Assembly: GCA_963720565.1 (NCBI GenBank)
Contig: CAVRFW010000012.1
Coordinates: 32,001-96,000 of the forward strand
Source of the DNA: Candidatus Bathyarchaeota archaeon
GTDB taxonomy: Archaea > Thermoproteota > Bathyarchaeia > Bathyarchaeales > Bathycorpusculaceae
DNA length: 64,000 bases
Direction: 5' to 3'
Made by a program: the position numbers and the translations under genes
Notes under the pieces: model-generated
The model's database searches: none
What the model saw: the letters and a program-made list of their open reading frames with translations, nothing else
What the model was told of the DNA's origin: nothing
In this document: positions 48,855 to 59,864 of the stretch, piece by piece
How positions within the stretch are numbered: position 1 is the first letter of the stretch
How the letters are laid out: the number at the start of each line of letters is the position of its first letter

Positions 48855-49401
48855 TCCCCCTCAGAAGCATATAACCCAACAACGCGGCCTCGGCGTTTCT
48901 TTCTCCCAGTTGCCCCGGCCATCTCTTTCTGATTGCATCTTTAAGCGAGTCAATGCTTACTATCTTTGTGGCTCTAGCAAATGCTCCTAACATCACGGTG
49001 TTAACGACCGCGGATCCAGCGACAACTAGTCCCAGCTTAACCGCAAGCTTGGTAGCGTCAACCTTGACAACCCTGTAACCTTCGTATTCAAACCGCTTGC
49101 GCCTGCCTGGACTGTTAACTAAAAGCAAACCAGCTTTCTTCAGCCCTTCTGTCACGTTCACTCCCTCGCTCAAGAAGGGACTGAGAACCACAACATAGTG
49201 TGGTTCATAGAGTGGGCCTCGAAGCCGAATCGCCCTCTCAGATATACGCACAAAAGCTGTCACGGGCGCACCTCGACGCTCTCCGCCGAAAAACGGGAAG
49301 GCTTGAACCCATTTACCTTCCTTGAAGGCGGCGTCGACTAGAAGCTCTGCAGCGATTACTACGCCTTCTCCTCCTCGACCATGAAATCTTACACCTTTCA
49401 T
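48838..49401 (-). CDS. porG: 2-oxoacid:ferredoxin oxidoreductase gamma subunit
   Basis: RFHGRGGEG, FPFFGGERRGAP, NTVMLGA. Confidence 0.94.
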   Translation of the reverse strand: MKGVRFHGRGGEGVVIAAELLVDAAFKEGKWVQAFPFFGGERRGAPVTAFVRISERAIRLRGPLYEPHYVVVLSPFLSEGVNVTEGLKKAGLLLVNSPGRRKRFEYEGYRVVKVDATKLAVKLGLVVAGSAVVNTVMLGAFARATKIVSIDSLKDAIRKRWPGQLGERNAEAALLGYMLLRGIDKAG

Positions 49402-49760
49402 AATCGATCAATAGACTATTCTGAAGTTGACTGCTTAAAACGTTTACACTGGAAACCCTCGGTTTCGTCCGTAAATGCGCTCTAAGATAGTGAAACTTGA
49501 GAAGGACAACGAACGCGAAAAGAAAAAGGCTGAAAGTGTCTACCAGATAGCACAGAAAATCTGTCCGCTGCGCCATTCATAGGGCGAAAACGTTCCAATA
49601 GGTTTCAAACTGACCTTTCTATAATTATGTTTGAAGAAAACGGTTGCTGCCGGACTCCAGCTTTTTTTGCACTGCCCACCCTTGGGCTAGAATAGAATTT
49701 AGACCGGAAAAAATAATATACGACTGCCTATCTTTTGATGACCAACACAAGCTGACAAAG

Positions 49761-50648
49761 ATGGAATGGTACGTTTTTGCCTTATTGGCTCCTGCTTTCT
49801 GGGCTATGAATAACGTGTTCATCAAGTTTCTCCTCACTAACAAGTTCAAGAGTAATCTCCCTATGATGTTCACTGCTATTTTATGTGACATGGTTTTTGC
49901 CCTGGCTGTTGCCCTGTTTGCTCCGATCAAAATCGATTTTCCTTACAGTATTGCTGCTTTGCTTGCTGGCTTGATGCCGCTCGCCGGATTTTGGTTCTAT
50001 ACTAAGGCTCTCCTGTTTGAAGATGTAAGCAGGATAGTAACTTTGTTTCAGCTTGTTCCATTGTTCGTTGTTTGTTTATCGGCAGTTTTTCTTGGCGAGA
50101 TTCTCGGCTTTCAGAAGTATCTCGGAATATCCTTGATAATTGTTGCGTCAACTTTGGTTTCTTACAAGAAGTTCGGGAGCAAAGCGTTTTCAGGCGCGTT
50201 GAAATTCATGATACCCTTTGCGGTGTTGATAGCCACCTACACTATCTCGGACAAAATGCTCTTGGGTTATCTGGATTTCTGGTCTGTGTTTTTCTGGAAT
50301 ATTCTGGGAACTTTCTGCGGAGTATTCTTTTTACTGTCTTTTTCTAGACCTAGGAAAGAGTTTCGAGTAGCAGTTTCAGACGCTGGAAAAAAAGCCGTTT
50401 TTACAGCCTTCATCGGAGAAGGGCTCTATATCACGGGCACAATATGTTCCCTGGCAGCGTTGTCCATAGTTGACGCGTCTTTAGCTTCTGCATTGTTTGG
50501 TTTACAGCCCTTCTTTGTTTTCTTTTACATCCTGCTTCTGAGTCTATTTCTACCCAAAATCCTCAATGAAGATATCAGCAAATCAATAGTATTGCTAAAG
50601 GCCTCTGCTATTGCCTTAATGCTCATAGGAACCTGGCTTGTGATATAG
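49761..50648 (+). CDS. EamA/DMT family transporter
   Basis: About 10 TM helices, two repeats, 'FLGE'; start placed at ATG 49761. Confidence 0.87.
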   Translation: MEWYVFALLAPAFWAMNNVFIKFLLTNKFKSNLPMMFTAILCDMVFALAVALFAPIKIDFPYSIAALLAGLMPLAGFWFYTKALLFEDVSRIVTLFQLVPLFVVCLSAVFLGEILGFQKYLGISLIIVASTLVSYKKFGSKAFSGALKFMIPFAVLIATYTISDKMLLGYLDFWSVFFWNILGTFCGVFFLLSFSRPRKEFRVAVSDAGKKAVFTAFIGEGLYITGTICSLAALSIVDASLASALFGLQPFFVFFYILLLSLFLPKILNEDISKSIVLLKASAIALMLIGTWLVI

Positions 50649-50799
50649 ACTTTGACTTAATATCAGGGTACTTCGAAAGCCCGCTCGTTTGGTGCACATA
50701 TAAATGCGATCTCGCACGCACCTAAAATTTGTTCCCAATCCAATGTTTTGAGTATGCAATGCGAATGCACTATAAGGAACGAAATACGTATTACCAGAA

Positions 50800-50997
50800 A
50801 TGCAACCTAATCAGCAGAGGAGCCAAATCAAACCTGGCATTAAAGTAAAAATCGTCTTGAAGCAAGACCAGCGGAGTGGCAAATTAACCGAGGGCATCGT
50901 CAAAGATATCCTCACAAACAGTTCAACTCATCCCCATGGAATTAAGGTACGCCTCACAGACGGAAAAGTCGGTAGGATACAATTACTAATAAAATAG
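50800..50997 (+). CDS. YwbE (DUF2196) family protein
   Basis: IVLKQDQRSGKLTEG.VKDILT.S..HPHGIKVRL..G.VGR. Confidence 0.92.
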   Translation: MQPNQQRSQIKPGIKVKIVLKQDQRSGKLTEGIVKDILTNSSTHPHGIKVRLTDGKVGRIQLLIK

Positions 50998-51088
50998 TGT
51001 AGCAGCTTGGTTGAGTTGCAGACGCTAATGGACCATTGAGCGAACGCAACTCGGAGTTGACTGGAGTAGATCTTAGACTCCAAATCCG

Positions 51089-52013
51089 TTAGGGAGAGAT
51101 TAAGGATGCGATTGTTTCTTCTATTTTTGAGACGGATTTTTCAAAGCGCGTTTGGGACTCATCTGATAGTTTGAGTTCAATAATTTTTTCTATGCCGTTT
51201 CTTCCTAGAACGACGGGGACTCCTATGGAGACTCTTGAGCAACTGTATTCGCCCTGTGGGCATGTGGAGACGCTCATCACACGGTTTCTTCCTTTTAGAA
51301 CGGCGTCTGCCATCATAGCGATGACGGCACCCGGAGCGTAGGTTGTAGCTCCTTTTAGTTTGATTACGTCGGCTCCCGAGTTTATGGTGAGGTTGACGAT
51401 TTTGTCTATTTGTTCCTTCTCTAGAAGGGTGGTGATGGGTATTCCCGAGACGCTGGCGTATTCTACGAGTGGAACCATGGAGTCTCCGTGTTCGCCTATC
51501 ACTAGGGCGTTTGTGTCTTCTCTTGAGACGTTGAGTTCTTGGGCGATGTATGATCTGAAACGATGGGTGTCAAGTATGTTTCCCATGCCGAAAACGTGAT
51601 TCGGAGGGAAGCCGGATTCTTTTCTTGCTATGAACGTCATTATGTCAACGGGGTTTGTAACTATCATCAATTTGGAGTCTGGTGCATGACTTCGCGACTT
51701 CTTTGACTGTTGAGGTGATGATTTTCGAGTTGTTGACTATGAGCTCCATACGTGTCATGCCTGGTTTTCTGCCTTGACCGGCAATGATTATTACGAGCTC
51801 AGAGCCTTCCATTTCCTCGAAGTCGTCTGTCCCGCGGATATTTCCGTCGAATTCTATGGCAGGTGCGGCCTGCATCATGTCTAGTGCCTCACCTCTTGCC
51901 AAGTCTGCATTGAGGTCAACGAGAACCACATCGCCGATTTGGTATTTGAGAATCTCGAAAGCAGCTGAGCTTCCTACTTTTCCAGCTCCAATAATTGTTA
52001 TCATAAGAACCAC
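51089..52013 (-). CDS. mdh: Malate dehydrogenase (LDH-like), frameshift near 51690
   Basis: GAGKVG, RKPGMTR, VTNPVD, LD..RF, GEHGD split over two frames. Confidence 0.9.
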
Positions 52014-52152
52014 TGTTGACTATTCCCTTAGACTGATAAAGGTAACGTGAAATCAGGTAATGTGCTAATTGCGGAGTCTTAGTTCACGCGAGAAATGACT
52101 AAATGCATCAAGCTAATAGTGCGCGTTCAAATATTTTGTCGCCTAATTTTTT

Positions 52153-52803
52153 TTAGGTTTTCTTGAAGTTTAGCTGGTAAGAAACAATGTTTCCGAATTC
52201 TTTTTCGAGTTTGAAATCTGCTTGCTGAGCCCATTTTTTCTCAGTGTTTTTTCTAGGATAATCTGGGTCAATTATTAGTTCACACAGGCACAATAGACCA
52301 TTGGGTTTGAGAACTCGGTTGCATTCGCGAAGTACCAAAACGGGATTAGGAATCTCAGGCAATGCTGACATTGACAAAACTCGGTCTATGCTTTCATCTG
52401 GGAAAGACATGTTGTAGGCGTTGTCAACCCTAGGATAAATGTTGGTGAGTCCTTCTTTCTTAACTCGTTCTTCCAAGCGTCTAATAACTTGCTCTTGAAT
52501 GTCGACGGCAAATACTTTTCCATCGGGCAGAACGCGCTCGGCAAGAGCCTCTGAATATGTTCCGGTTCCAGGTCCAATCTCAATCACTACCATTCCAGGC
52601 TCCAGTTCCATTCTATCGGCTATGGAACTTGGGTTCTGAATCAGGGCTCTACGAATTCGATTATCAATCAGCGGCACGGCAAACGATGGTGTAGGGAAAT
52701 GAAAATAATGCCTGACAAATCTAAGCAGAACAAGGAACAAGAAAAGGAGAATTGAAATTACTATCAAAATCCATTTTGCGGCCTCAAGCAACAATGGAAT
52801 CAC
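52153..52803 (-). CDS. Class I SAM-dependent methyltransferase with N-terminal TM
   Basis: EIGPGTG, VDIQ, RVLKPNG. Confidence 0.88.
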   Translation of the reverse strand: MIPLLLEAAKWILIVISILLFLFLVLLRFVRHYFHFPTPSFAVPLIDNRIRRALIQNPSSIADRMELEPGMVVIEIGPGTGTYSEALAERVLPDGKVFAVDIQEQVIRRLEERVKKEGLTNIYPRVDNAYNMSFPDESIDRVLSMSALPEIPNPVLVLRECNRVLKPNGLLCLCELIIDPDYPRKNTEKKWAQQADFKLEKEFGNIVSYQLNFKKT

Positions 52804-52904
52804 ATAAACACCTTAGCATACTGTTCTCATACAAGGTATTAGCATTTTACTCATATCGCGCGCTGACTGAGCTTGGTAGAAGTTTTTGGGCGAAAACCTA
52901 TTTT

Positions 52905-53831
52905 CTAGACTATTCCGAACAGCAAGAAATACGAAATTAGGTATCCGAGTATGGCTCCTGAACAGAGAAGGGGTAGACCTGCTTGCGGCTTTCCCTTGAT
53001 CACAAATGTCATGAGTACCATGAAACCCATGAGGGTACCCGCCAAGACCGATAATGCTGTGAGTAGGGCGTTACTTGCCGTGTTGTGAAAGACTGAAACG
53101 GCAAGAATCCCAGGAAATACAACATCTCCTACTCCCAGGAAATAGGCTTCTCGTGCTTCGCCTTCTTGCAGTTTTTCTTTCAGGCTTCTTGTTTCTTTGA
53201 GAAGAGAGTACCCTTTGTTTTTTGGGATGACGAACATTACTGGAAGTTTCCTGTCGATGATGCTGTCAGCAAGGTCTATCATGTGCTTGCTCTTGTACAC
53301 TGAGAACGCGTCGTACGCAGCCATTGCAATTAACAGTGGAATTACTATCCAGATGTCAAGTGAAATGCCTATCATTGCTGTGGCGCCGACTCCTGTCAGG
53401 ATGGCAACTGCGTCCACTACATACCATTCAGGTTTCTTAATGAGCAGTAATGTCAGAGCGGCTGAACCGACTATTGACAGACCCAGGGTTAACCACCCGT
53501 TTGAGCTGACGAGAGATAGGAGCGGGTAGAACACGTAGAGGCCTAGCACAGCTGTGGCGCCCAGAAAGATCACGCGCAGAAAATTTGCCTTCTTTAGTTT
53601 TATGATAATTAATATTGCTGCCGTGATGACCATTAACATGCCGAAGAAGTACGCTATGTTCCATGGGTCGCTTGGGTTCTCAAATGCAACTGCACCTGCC
53701 GCCTCAAATGGCCCTGCCACCAAGAAAGACAGCAGGAAGATCACGACAAACAAGGCACCCATTGACAAAACGGGTAATACGTCAACGGTTTTTGGCTTAT
53801 TCATTTTACCTGAAGATTGAGAGTCATCCAT
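52905..53831 (-). CDS. Presenilin-family intramembrane aspartyl protease (PSH)
   Basis: YD motif (AYDAFSVY), GxGD (LGVGD), QAGLP. Confidence 0.93.
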   Translation of the reverse strand: MDDSQSSGKMNKPKTVDVLPVLSMGALFVVIFLLSFLVAGPFEAAGAVAFENPSDPWNIAYFFGMLMVITAAILIIIKLKKANFLRVIFLGATAVLGLYVFYPLLSLVSSNGWLTLGLSIVGSAALTLLLIKKPEWYVVDAVAILTGVGATAMIGISLDIWIVIPLLIAMAAYDAFSVYKSKHMIDLADSIIDRKLPVMFVIPKNKGYSLLKETRSLKEKLQEGEAREAYFLGVGDVVFPGILAVSVFHNTASNALLTALSVLAGTLMGFMVLMTFVIKGKPQAGLPLLCSGAILGYLISYFLLFGIV

Positions 53832-53855
53832 TTATTATTATCCCTTCAACAGGGG

Positions 53856-54296
53856 CTATTCTACTTTAAAGACGAATCTGTAACGGTCTTTTCCGGCCTT
53901 TGACACTTCAACAATTTCAAAAAAGCCTATCTCTCTTGTGTTTTCAACGTGAGGGTCTTTGCAGGGTGTCTTGTCGAAACTTTCGATTTCCACAATTCTG
54001 ACATCTCTCACGGAAGACGGAACCCTAGTCAAATCAAAATCTTTCTCAGCATTTTCCCTATCCAAGATGTACTTGTTAACTCGAAGATTCTTCCGTATCG
54101 TCGCGTTGACCTCGTTTTCCAGCGTTTCTCGGTCGATCTTTCGCAAATCCGTTTCAGAGGAAATTTCCATTTGCCCAGCATTCTCTGCAAACTTCGAGAT
54201 AACGAATTTTGTGGTTTGAAACTTGCTCTCCAATGTCCTGGCAAGGATGTGTTCGGCAGTTTGAAGTCTGCCTTCGTTTGGCTTCATAATAACCAT
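53856..54296 (-). CDS. AlaX-S-like trans-editing domain protein
   Basis: 'TAEHIL', 'VRIVEI..FD..PC...HV.NT.EIG'. Confidence 0.82.
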   Translation of the reverse strand: MVIMKPNEGRLQTAEHILARTLESKFQTTKFVISKFAENAGQMEISSETDLRKIDRETLENEVNATIRKNLRVNKYILDRENAEKDFDLTRVPSSVRDVRIVEIESFDKTPCKDPHVENTREIGFFEIVEVSKAGKDRYRFVFKVE

Positions 54297-54372
54297 TCAA
54301 AACATATGGCTCTACTTAAGAATCTAGTTGTCTACGCACAGCAACAATGGTCAACAACAAGCGTGAATGCTT

Positions 54373-54999
54373 CTATTTCTTCTTTCTCTTAAGAGCTACT
54401 ACCGTTATGACTGCGAAGAATGCTATGCCTATTGCTGCTATGACGTAGAGAACTTCTGGAGGCAAGGATCCAGTGGGTGTTGTCGTCGGTTCAGGCGATG
54501 GAGTAGGCGAAGCTGAAGGCGTAGGCGATTGTGAGGGTGAAGCCGTAGGTGAGGGAGTTGGCGAAATGCTTGGTGTTGGCGTAGACGTAGGAACAGGTGT
54601 TGGTGTAGGTGTGGGTGTTGGAATTATTACCGTGCCAGACCATGTACTATATCCATGAAGATTGCATAAAGCACGTGCTCTAACCGAGTATGTATTGCTG
54701 TTCGATCCCAGACTATACTGAACGGTGAATGTTTCTGTGCTCTGAGGTTCCTGCGTGAGGTCTGTAGTTGTCCCGTTGATTTCAAGCTGAACCACTGGTA
54801 CGTAATGTGAAGCGCCAATCGCAGTCGGAGGTTGATGAGACACAACAATATCCAGCCATATTGTTGATCCGACTTCGTGGGAACTAATACTCATAATGCT
54901 TGGAACGTTAGCTTTGACCGCTGGCACATGAACGCCACCAAAAACTAAAGCCACGAGCAGTAATGAAACTGTAGCCAAAAACAATACTTTATGGTTCAA
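54373..54999 (-). CDS. Secreted desulfoferrodoxin/superoxide-reductase-like domain with Pro/Thr/Ser linker and C-terminal membrane anchor
   Basis: Signal peptide, 'VSH......SHYV', 'ARALCNLHG', (PT)n linker, TM plus KRKKK. Confidence 0.7.
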   Translation of the reverse strand: MNHKVLFLATVSLLLVALVFGGVHVPAVKANVPSIMSISSHEVGSTIWLDIVVSHQPPTAIGASHYVPVVQLEINGTTTDLTQEPQSTETFTVQYSLGSNSNTYSVRARALCNLHGYSTWSGTVIIPTPTPTPTPVPTSTPTPSISPTPSPTASPSQSPTPSASPTPSPEPTTTPTGSLPPEVLYVIAAIGIAFFAVITVVALKRKKK

Positions 55000-55483
55000 T
55001 CTCTACTCTCCAAGAAATTGAAATGGCCTAAGACGGTTATAAGGCTATGTTGTTGCTATGACATAACAACTGTCAGCCGTAAGGGGAAGCTTATTTTGGC
55101 AGGGCTAGTGCGCCTTCTCCAGGGCTCGTGAAGGTCTCTTCAAAAACAGTCGGTTATCCGAAGTTTGCCTGTCTCTTGCAGTATGTTTGAGGAAGACCTA
55201 TCTAAGTCGTGCAACGCTCTCGGGTGAGCAAATAGGAGAGGGAGCGGTTTTTTCTAAAAACAATAGATTTGCCTCTGCGTTCGCGTGGTAGTTTCTGGCT
55301 GCGATAGTTCATATTCTTCTCTTGAAAAGTACTAAGCGAAAAAGGAGTAGAAGAACAACTGCAGAAAAATCGTCGCAAACGCTTGTTTTCCTTCTTCTAT
55401 TCTTACATGGTTCCATGGGCAGCAGCCATAGGTTAAGCATATTAGTTCCAAGCGGGGAAGTTATATTATTCGAAGGTGATTTT

Positions 55484-55711
55484 GTGTCTTCAAGGTCTCA
55501 ACCTAAAGCCAGCATGAGAGTCAGAATGGAAAATGGTGATTTTTTGAATTTGACTGTTTGGGCTGGAAAGAAAGATCCTGAGGCTGAAGTTATCACGGTG
55601 CAAGTTAGGCGTCTAGTGGGGGATCAGTGGGAGACCGTTGGAAAGATAGCTGCTTACCGAACCAAGCAAGGAGACTACTCGCAGCTGCCAGAACGCAGCC
55701 AGTCCACATAA
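55484..55711 (+). CDS. Small hypothetical beta-rich protein
   Basis: GGTGAT SD-like site before GTG 55484; 75-aa ORF. Confidence 0.6.
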   Translation: MSSRSQPKASMRVRMENGDFLNLTVWAGKKDPEAEVITVQVRRLVGDQWETVGKIAAYRTKQGDYSQLPERSQST

Positions 55712-55838
55712 CCGGCTAAGTATGGTTCAGATGAATTGCAGATAATTTCTACTGGTTATGGTCCGGCAGCCCATTACGAGACTGTGTTGCGATTTTGTTA
55801 TTTCTTTGCACATCTGCTTGAATCGTGTAAGCCAGAGA

Positions 55839-56979
55839 TTACCGGTTTTCGATTGAAACAAATGGCCTATTGAATTCGCCAACGTACTTTGATGCTGGAC
55901 GCAATAGAACTGCGTCCTCATACTGCTCTATCACATGAGCGACCCAGCCAGATATCCTACTTGAGGCAAAAAACGGGGTGAAAAACTCCTTAGGCACCCC
56001 TAAAGCATCCATGGCAACAGCCGCGTAGAAATCCACGTTAGGATAAATTTTCCTCCTACCGTAAACAATCTCCTCAATCTTGATGCATTTATTGTACAAA
56101 TCCAAAGTCCTGTCACGATGGCTAAGATCTTCCACCATGCCCCTGAGATGTTTCGTTCTAGGATCTTGCGCCCTGTAGACTCGGTGTCCAAAACCCATAA
56201 TCTTTTTCTGGTCATCCAAAAGACCGTTGATATACTCTTCCACTTCTTCCTCAAGATTAATGTCATCTAGCATTTCCATGACCTTCTCGCTGGCGCCACC
56301 ATGCAAGGGGCCCTTTAGGGTTCCTATTGCAGAAGTCACAGCTGAATACATATCCGAGTTTGTGCTTGCTGTTACGCGAGCTGCAAAAGTGGAAGCGTTA
56401 AATCCGTGGTCAGCATGAAGAGTCATGTAACGATGCAAAACATTTGTCTCACTTTCGTCCGGAATTGCACCTTTAAACATGTAGAGATAGTTTTCAGAGA
56501 AGCCGAACTCACTTTTCGGTTCAGGAACTGTCTTGTTAAGGCGGCTTCTGTGTATGGTAGCAACTATGACGGGCACTTGGGCTATCAATCGCGCAGCTCT
56601 TCTCAGGTTAGCCGCCTCAGAGAAGTCATTGCCTTCGGGATCATATTCGGCTAGCCGGGAAACTTCGGTTCGCAGTATATGCATCGGGTGACAATGTTTA
56701 GGAGTGCGTTTTATGCTGTCAACAATTGGATCGGGCAGTTTCATATCGGAAACAAGTTCACTTCTGAAATTGTCAAGCTCTCTGCTGGGTTGGAAGCCTT
56801 TTGTGAACAAGAAGATAAGCAACCTCTGCGTAAGTAACTCGCCCCACTAAATCGTCGATGTTGTAACCTAAATAATAAAGAAACCCGTTGAAGTCAACAT
56901 AGCTTATTCGGGTTTCAGCCGCGGCAACATCTCTTAATCCTCGAACAACGACACGATCAGATTCTTTAATCATGGGCAT
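55839..56979 (-). CDS. gltA: Citrate synthase / 2-methylcitrate synthase, frameshift near 56780
   Basis: GL.DV.AAET.IS, HADHGFNAST, GPLHGGA, MGFGHRVY..DPR, YPNVDFY. Confidence 0.92.
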
Positions 56980-57271
56980 TCACCATCCTTTTCGCTAAGG
57001 TTTGCGTGTGCGATTCCGAACTATAACAGAACGGAACTTATGCATATTCCTTTTCGTTCGAGACGGGTTATCCTGGTCAATTATGAAGTGAACAGCGCAC
57101 GAAATCTCGTTTTCGATATTTTTCATATAGAACGTAGGAAAACTCCTTATTTTGAGATTCGCACGCTAATCAACTTTTTGGGAGGCAAGATATCGTTAGA
57201 TTCAGCGAGATTTACCTGAACATCCAACATGGTGCTACGTTTGTTGATCTGGAAGTTTATGCTTTTTGGCG

Positions 57272-58367
57272 TTACCAATCCATCTCTGCCTGGTAGTAGA
57301 CTCTTCCGTTGCCGTATTCATAAGTAAAGGCGTAGACTGCACCGTCTTTCCATCGTGCAATGACCTGCGCCCCCTCGTTCATTGAAGCCAATGCGTAGCA
57401 GCCGTAAGCGTCAATGTGATAGACTGTGCTCTGGCTTTCAAGTGAAGTGCCTAAAGGATTGTCCATAACCAAGTTGGCTGTTCCGCCTGAATTCACAAAA
57501 CGCAGCGCTGCCGAACCAGTCTTGGATTGAAGAAAGGTTTTGGCCCCCAGTCACATAAGGCCACATATCTTTGCAGTAAGTTGCGAAATAACATGGAATA
57601 CCGCTGAGGATGACAACACTGCCACCGCTGTTCAAGTAGTCTCTCACAACTTGATCGTGCTTGGGTTCAACCGCGAACCAAGCTTCAAAAACTACCAAGT
57701 CGTAGCATGACAGGTCCTCTGGAACATCACCCACGCACACAACTGTGAACCCTTGCTGCTCTATGACCTTAACCATAACGTTCTTTATTTGCCCGAGTTG
57801 TCCTTCCCTCCACCAAGGACCCCAATCTGCCCCATCCGATAAGTGGTGCGCAAGGTAATTGTCATACCAGTTGATGTACAGAACTGAATTGCCCTCTTCT
57901 GCTGCCCATCTTGCTCCTGCGCCAAACAGCGTCAAAGAAGGAGCTAAATCGTCTGCAGGTGAATGTTCCAAGTCTCGAACTATGCTAATTTTCACTTCTA
58001 ATTGGGATGCTGGGGCTGTGCTCGAAACAGAAAGCCACGCGTCAAGGATATTTTCACCTGGCTCGATTGTATAAACATTATTGCTGAATGCAACGTGTTT
58101 TTCCTGATATCCCGTGTCATTCAAACTGAAGCTCAAACAAGCATTGTAGCTAACAGAAGCGCGGTTCTCCACCGTGACGGTAAACTCTAATGTTTCACCA
58201 GGAAAAAGGGTTAAAACAGTATCAAACGGCAAGACCTCAAGAGGCTCCTTCACCTCCAAATTGATCGTTTCTGACTGCAGAGAACTTCCACCTGCAAATT
58301 CTAGGCTAGAAATAAAAATCACTGCAGTAAAAAGAAAACCAAAAGATGCTCGTTTATTCATAGACAT
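57272..58367 (-). CDS. Secreted protein with Ig-like and ThuA/GATase-like domains, frameshift near 57495
   Basis: Signal peptide; 'YDLVV', 'YLNSGGSVV', C-terminal 'YEYGNGRVYY' in the second frame. Confidence 0.6.
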
Positions 58368-58564
58368 CGATAAATCTGATCTCAGCAGCTCTAAAAAGCG
58401 TTCTTGTAAAGGTTTCTTGACTAAAACCAGATTTTGTCAGTCAAAATTTCTTGACTAAGCACCCCTGAACGCTCGATTGTCAATCAATAGGTCTTGGGCA
58501 CGCATGACTAAACGCTTTCGTAAACGAGAGCGAGATCATATCTTGATGGAGACATTCTAAGCGC

Positions 58565-58928
58565 TCACGTGCTGTTGACTGCTGCCTTGAAGTTGTAAGA
58601 TCCAATAGCTGTAATTGTGTATGTTGCACGCGCAATTCCCCCGCGATTAGTTTTCTGGGTCGCAAAATGAGTCCACTCACCGCCATTGAGTGAATAGAAG
58701 AATGCGATGTCTGATTCCGTCTCCGACAGAGTTACCGTTGATTCTGACTCTGGCTGTCAAAGAAACCTCACCGTTTCGGACCGAGGAAGATAGAGTAATT
58801 GTGAACTGCATATCTACGTGCACTACGTTGCTCGTAACCTGGAACATGCCATAAGCAGCCAAGTCGCTTCCCACTACGCAAAGCAGAAGAACAATGGCTA
58901 ATAACGTTTTCATAGGCGTTTTTGGCAT
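58565..58928 (-). CDS. Small secreted Ig-like protein, frameshift near 58700
   Basis: Signal peptide; second frame continues FYSLNGGEWTHFATQKTNRGGIA...YNFKAAVNST*. Confidence 0.6.
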
Positions 58929-59129
58929 GTTCTCACTTCGGGTTCTTCTTGCAGCTATTGTTCGTAACGTTAACAGAATTATGTTAATAACATAAGTGAT
59001 TTATGAACTATGAATAATCATTGTTTGAAGCGTATGCAGTTTTCGCAAGAATTCTATGGCTTGTTGAATGCAAACTTTGCTGTCAGGTTTGTTTTGGTTC
59101 GAGTTAGGTGTGCGTTTTAGTTTCCAAAG

Positions 59130-59613
59130 TTCGCGCGCTGCTTTGTCCCGAAAATGGTTAAAAATGGTTATAAGTCCGATTTGGCTAATTAGAGTCTGAA
59201 ATGGACTATTTTGAAAGTCGCATATTGGCCGCGCTCAAAGACGGCAAACCCCACACGTTCAGCCAAATCCAAGGACAAGTAACCTTCAGCCACAACACCC
59301 TCCAACAGCACCTCACCCAACTCGTCGAGAAAGGCCTTGTTCTCAAAGGAGAAACACCCTCAGAAAAGCTTCGGAAGACCCAAATACGCCTACCGTGTCC
59401 CGTCCAAGACGGCTAAGCAGGTTGCGGGTGCGCTGGAAGATCCTGGTGTGGAGTTGGTGACCATGCCGTTTAGCAGGGTTAGGCATGTTTGCAGGTTTGA
59501 GAAGGGCGGCTGGTGCAAAGAGAAGAAGGCGCAGTGTTCGCCTCAAATCTGCCCCCAAATCCGAAAATAAGACTTATCACCACTTTACACCAATAAAGGG
59601 ACCAGCGCGCGAA
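59130..59613. mobile_element. Putative small non-autonomous element bounded by ~45-bp imperfect inverted repeats
   Basis: Left 59130-59176 TTCGCGCGCTG-cttt-GTCCC-gaaaa-TGGTTAAAAATGGTTATAAGTC; reverse complement of right 59571-59613 TTCGCGCGCTG-GTCCC-tttat-TGGTGTAAAGTGGTGATAAGTC. Confidence 0.6.
59201..59570 (+). CDS. Winged-HTH protein with C-terminal Cys4 cluster (one frameshift near 59346)
   Basis: 'ILAALKDG...FS..TLQQHL..LVEKGLV' then 'GRPKYAY' wing and 'CRFEKGGWC.....C.PQICP'. Confidence 0.8.
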
Positions 59614-59864
59614 AAGCAGTTGCGTAGGTAAAGGTGACTGAGTCGCCAGCTTTTATCCAGATGCCGTTTGAGAGTTGCCGGAGGGCTTTTGTTTCACCCT
59701 GAATTGTTGCTATCGTTCTTGATGTGCCGGGATGTAACGCATTAAGAGTTAGAAAAATCTTTTTCTTGGCAGGATAGATTCACAAGGATTGGAACCATCA
59801 AGGCACACGCACGTAAGCTTAATCTGATAGAATCGAAATCTCCACTTCTAATCAGGATGACCAA

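Noticed and set aside
54470..54625. GT-rich tandem-like repeats
   Set aside because: Explained by the Pro/Thr/Ser linker codons of the minus-strand gene.
59163..59190. Xer dif-like 11-6-11 site at the left end of the small element
   Set aside because: The arms are poorly symmetric and the right end has only a 3-bp spacer between TAA and TTA.
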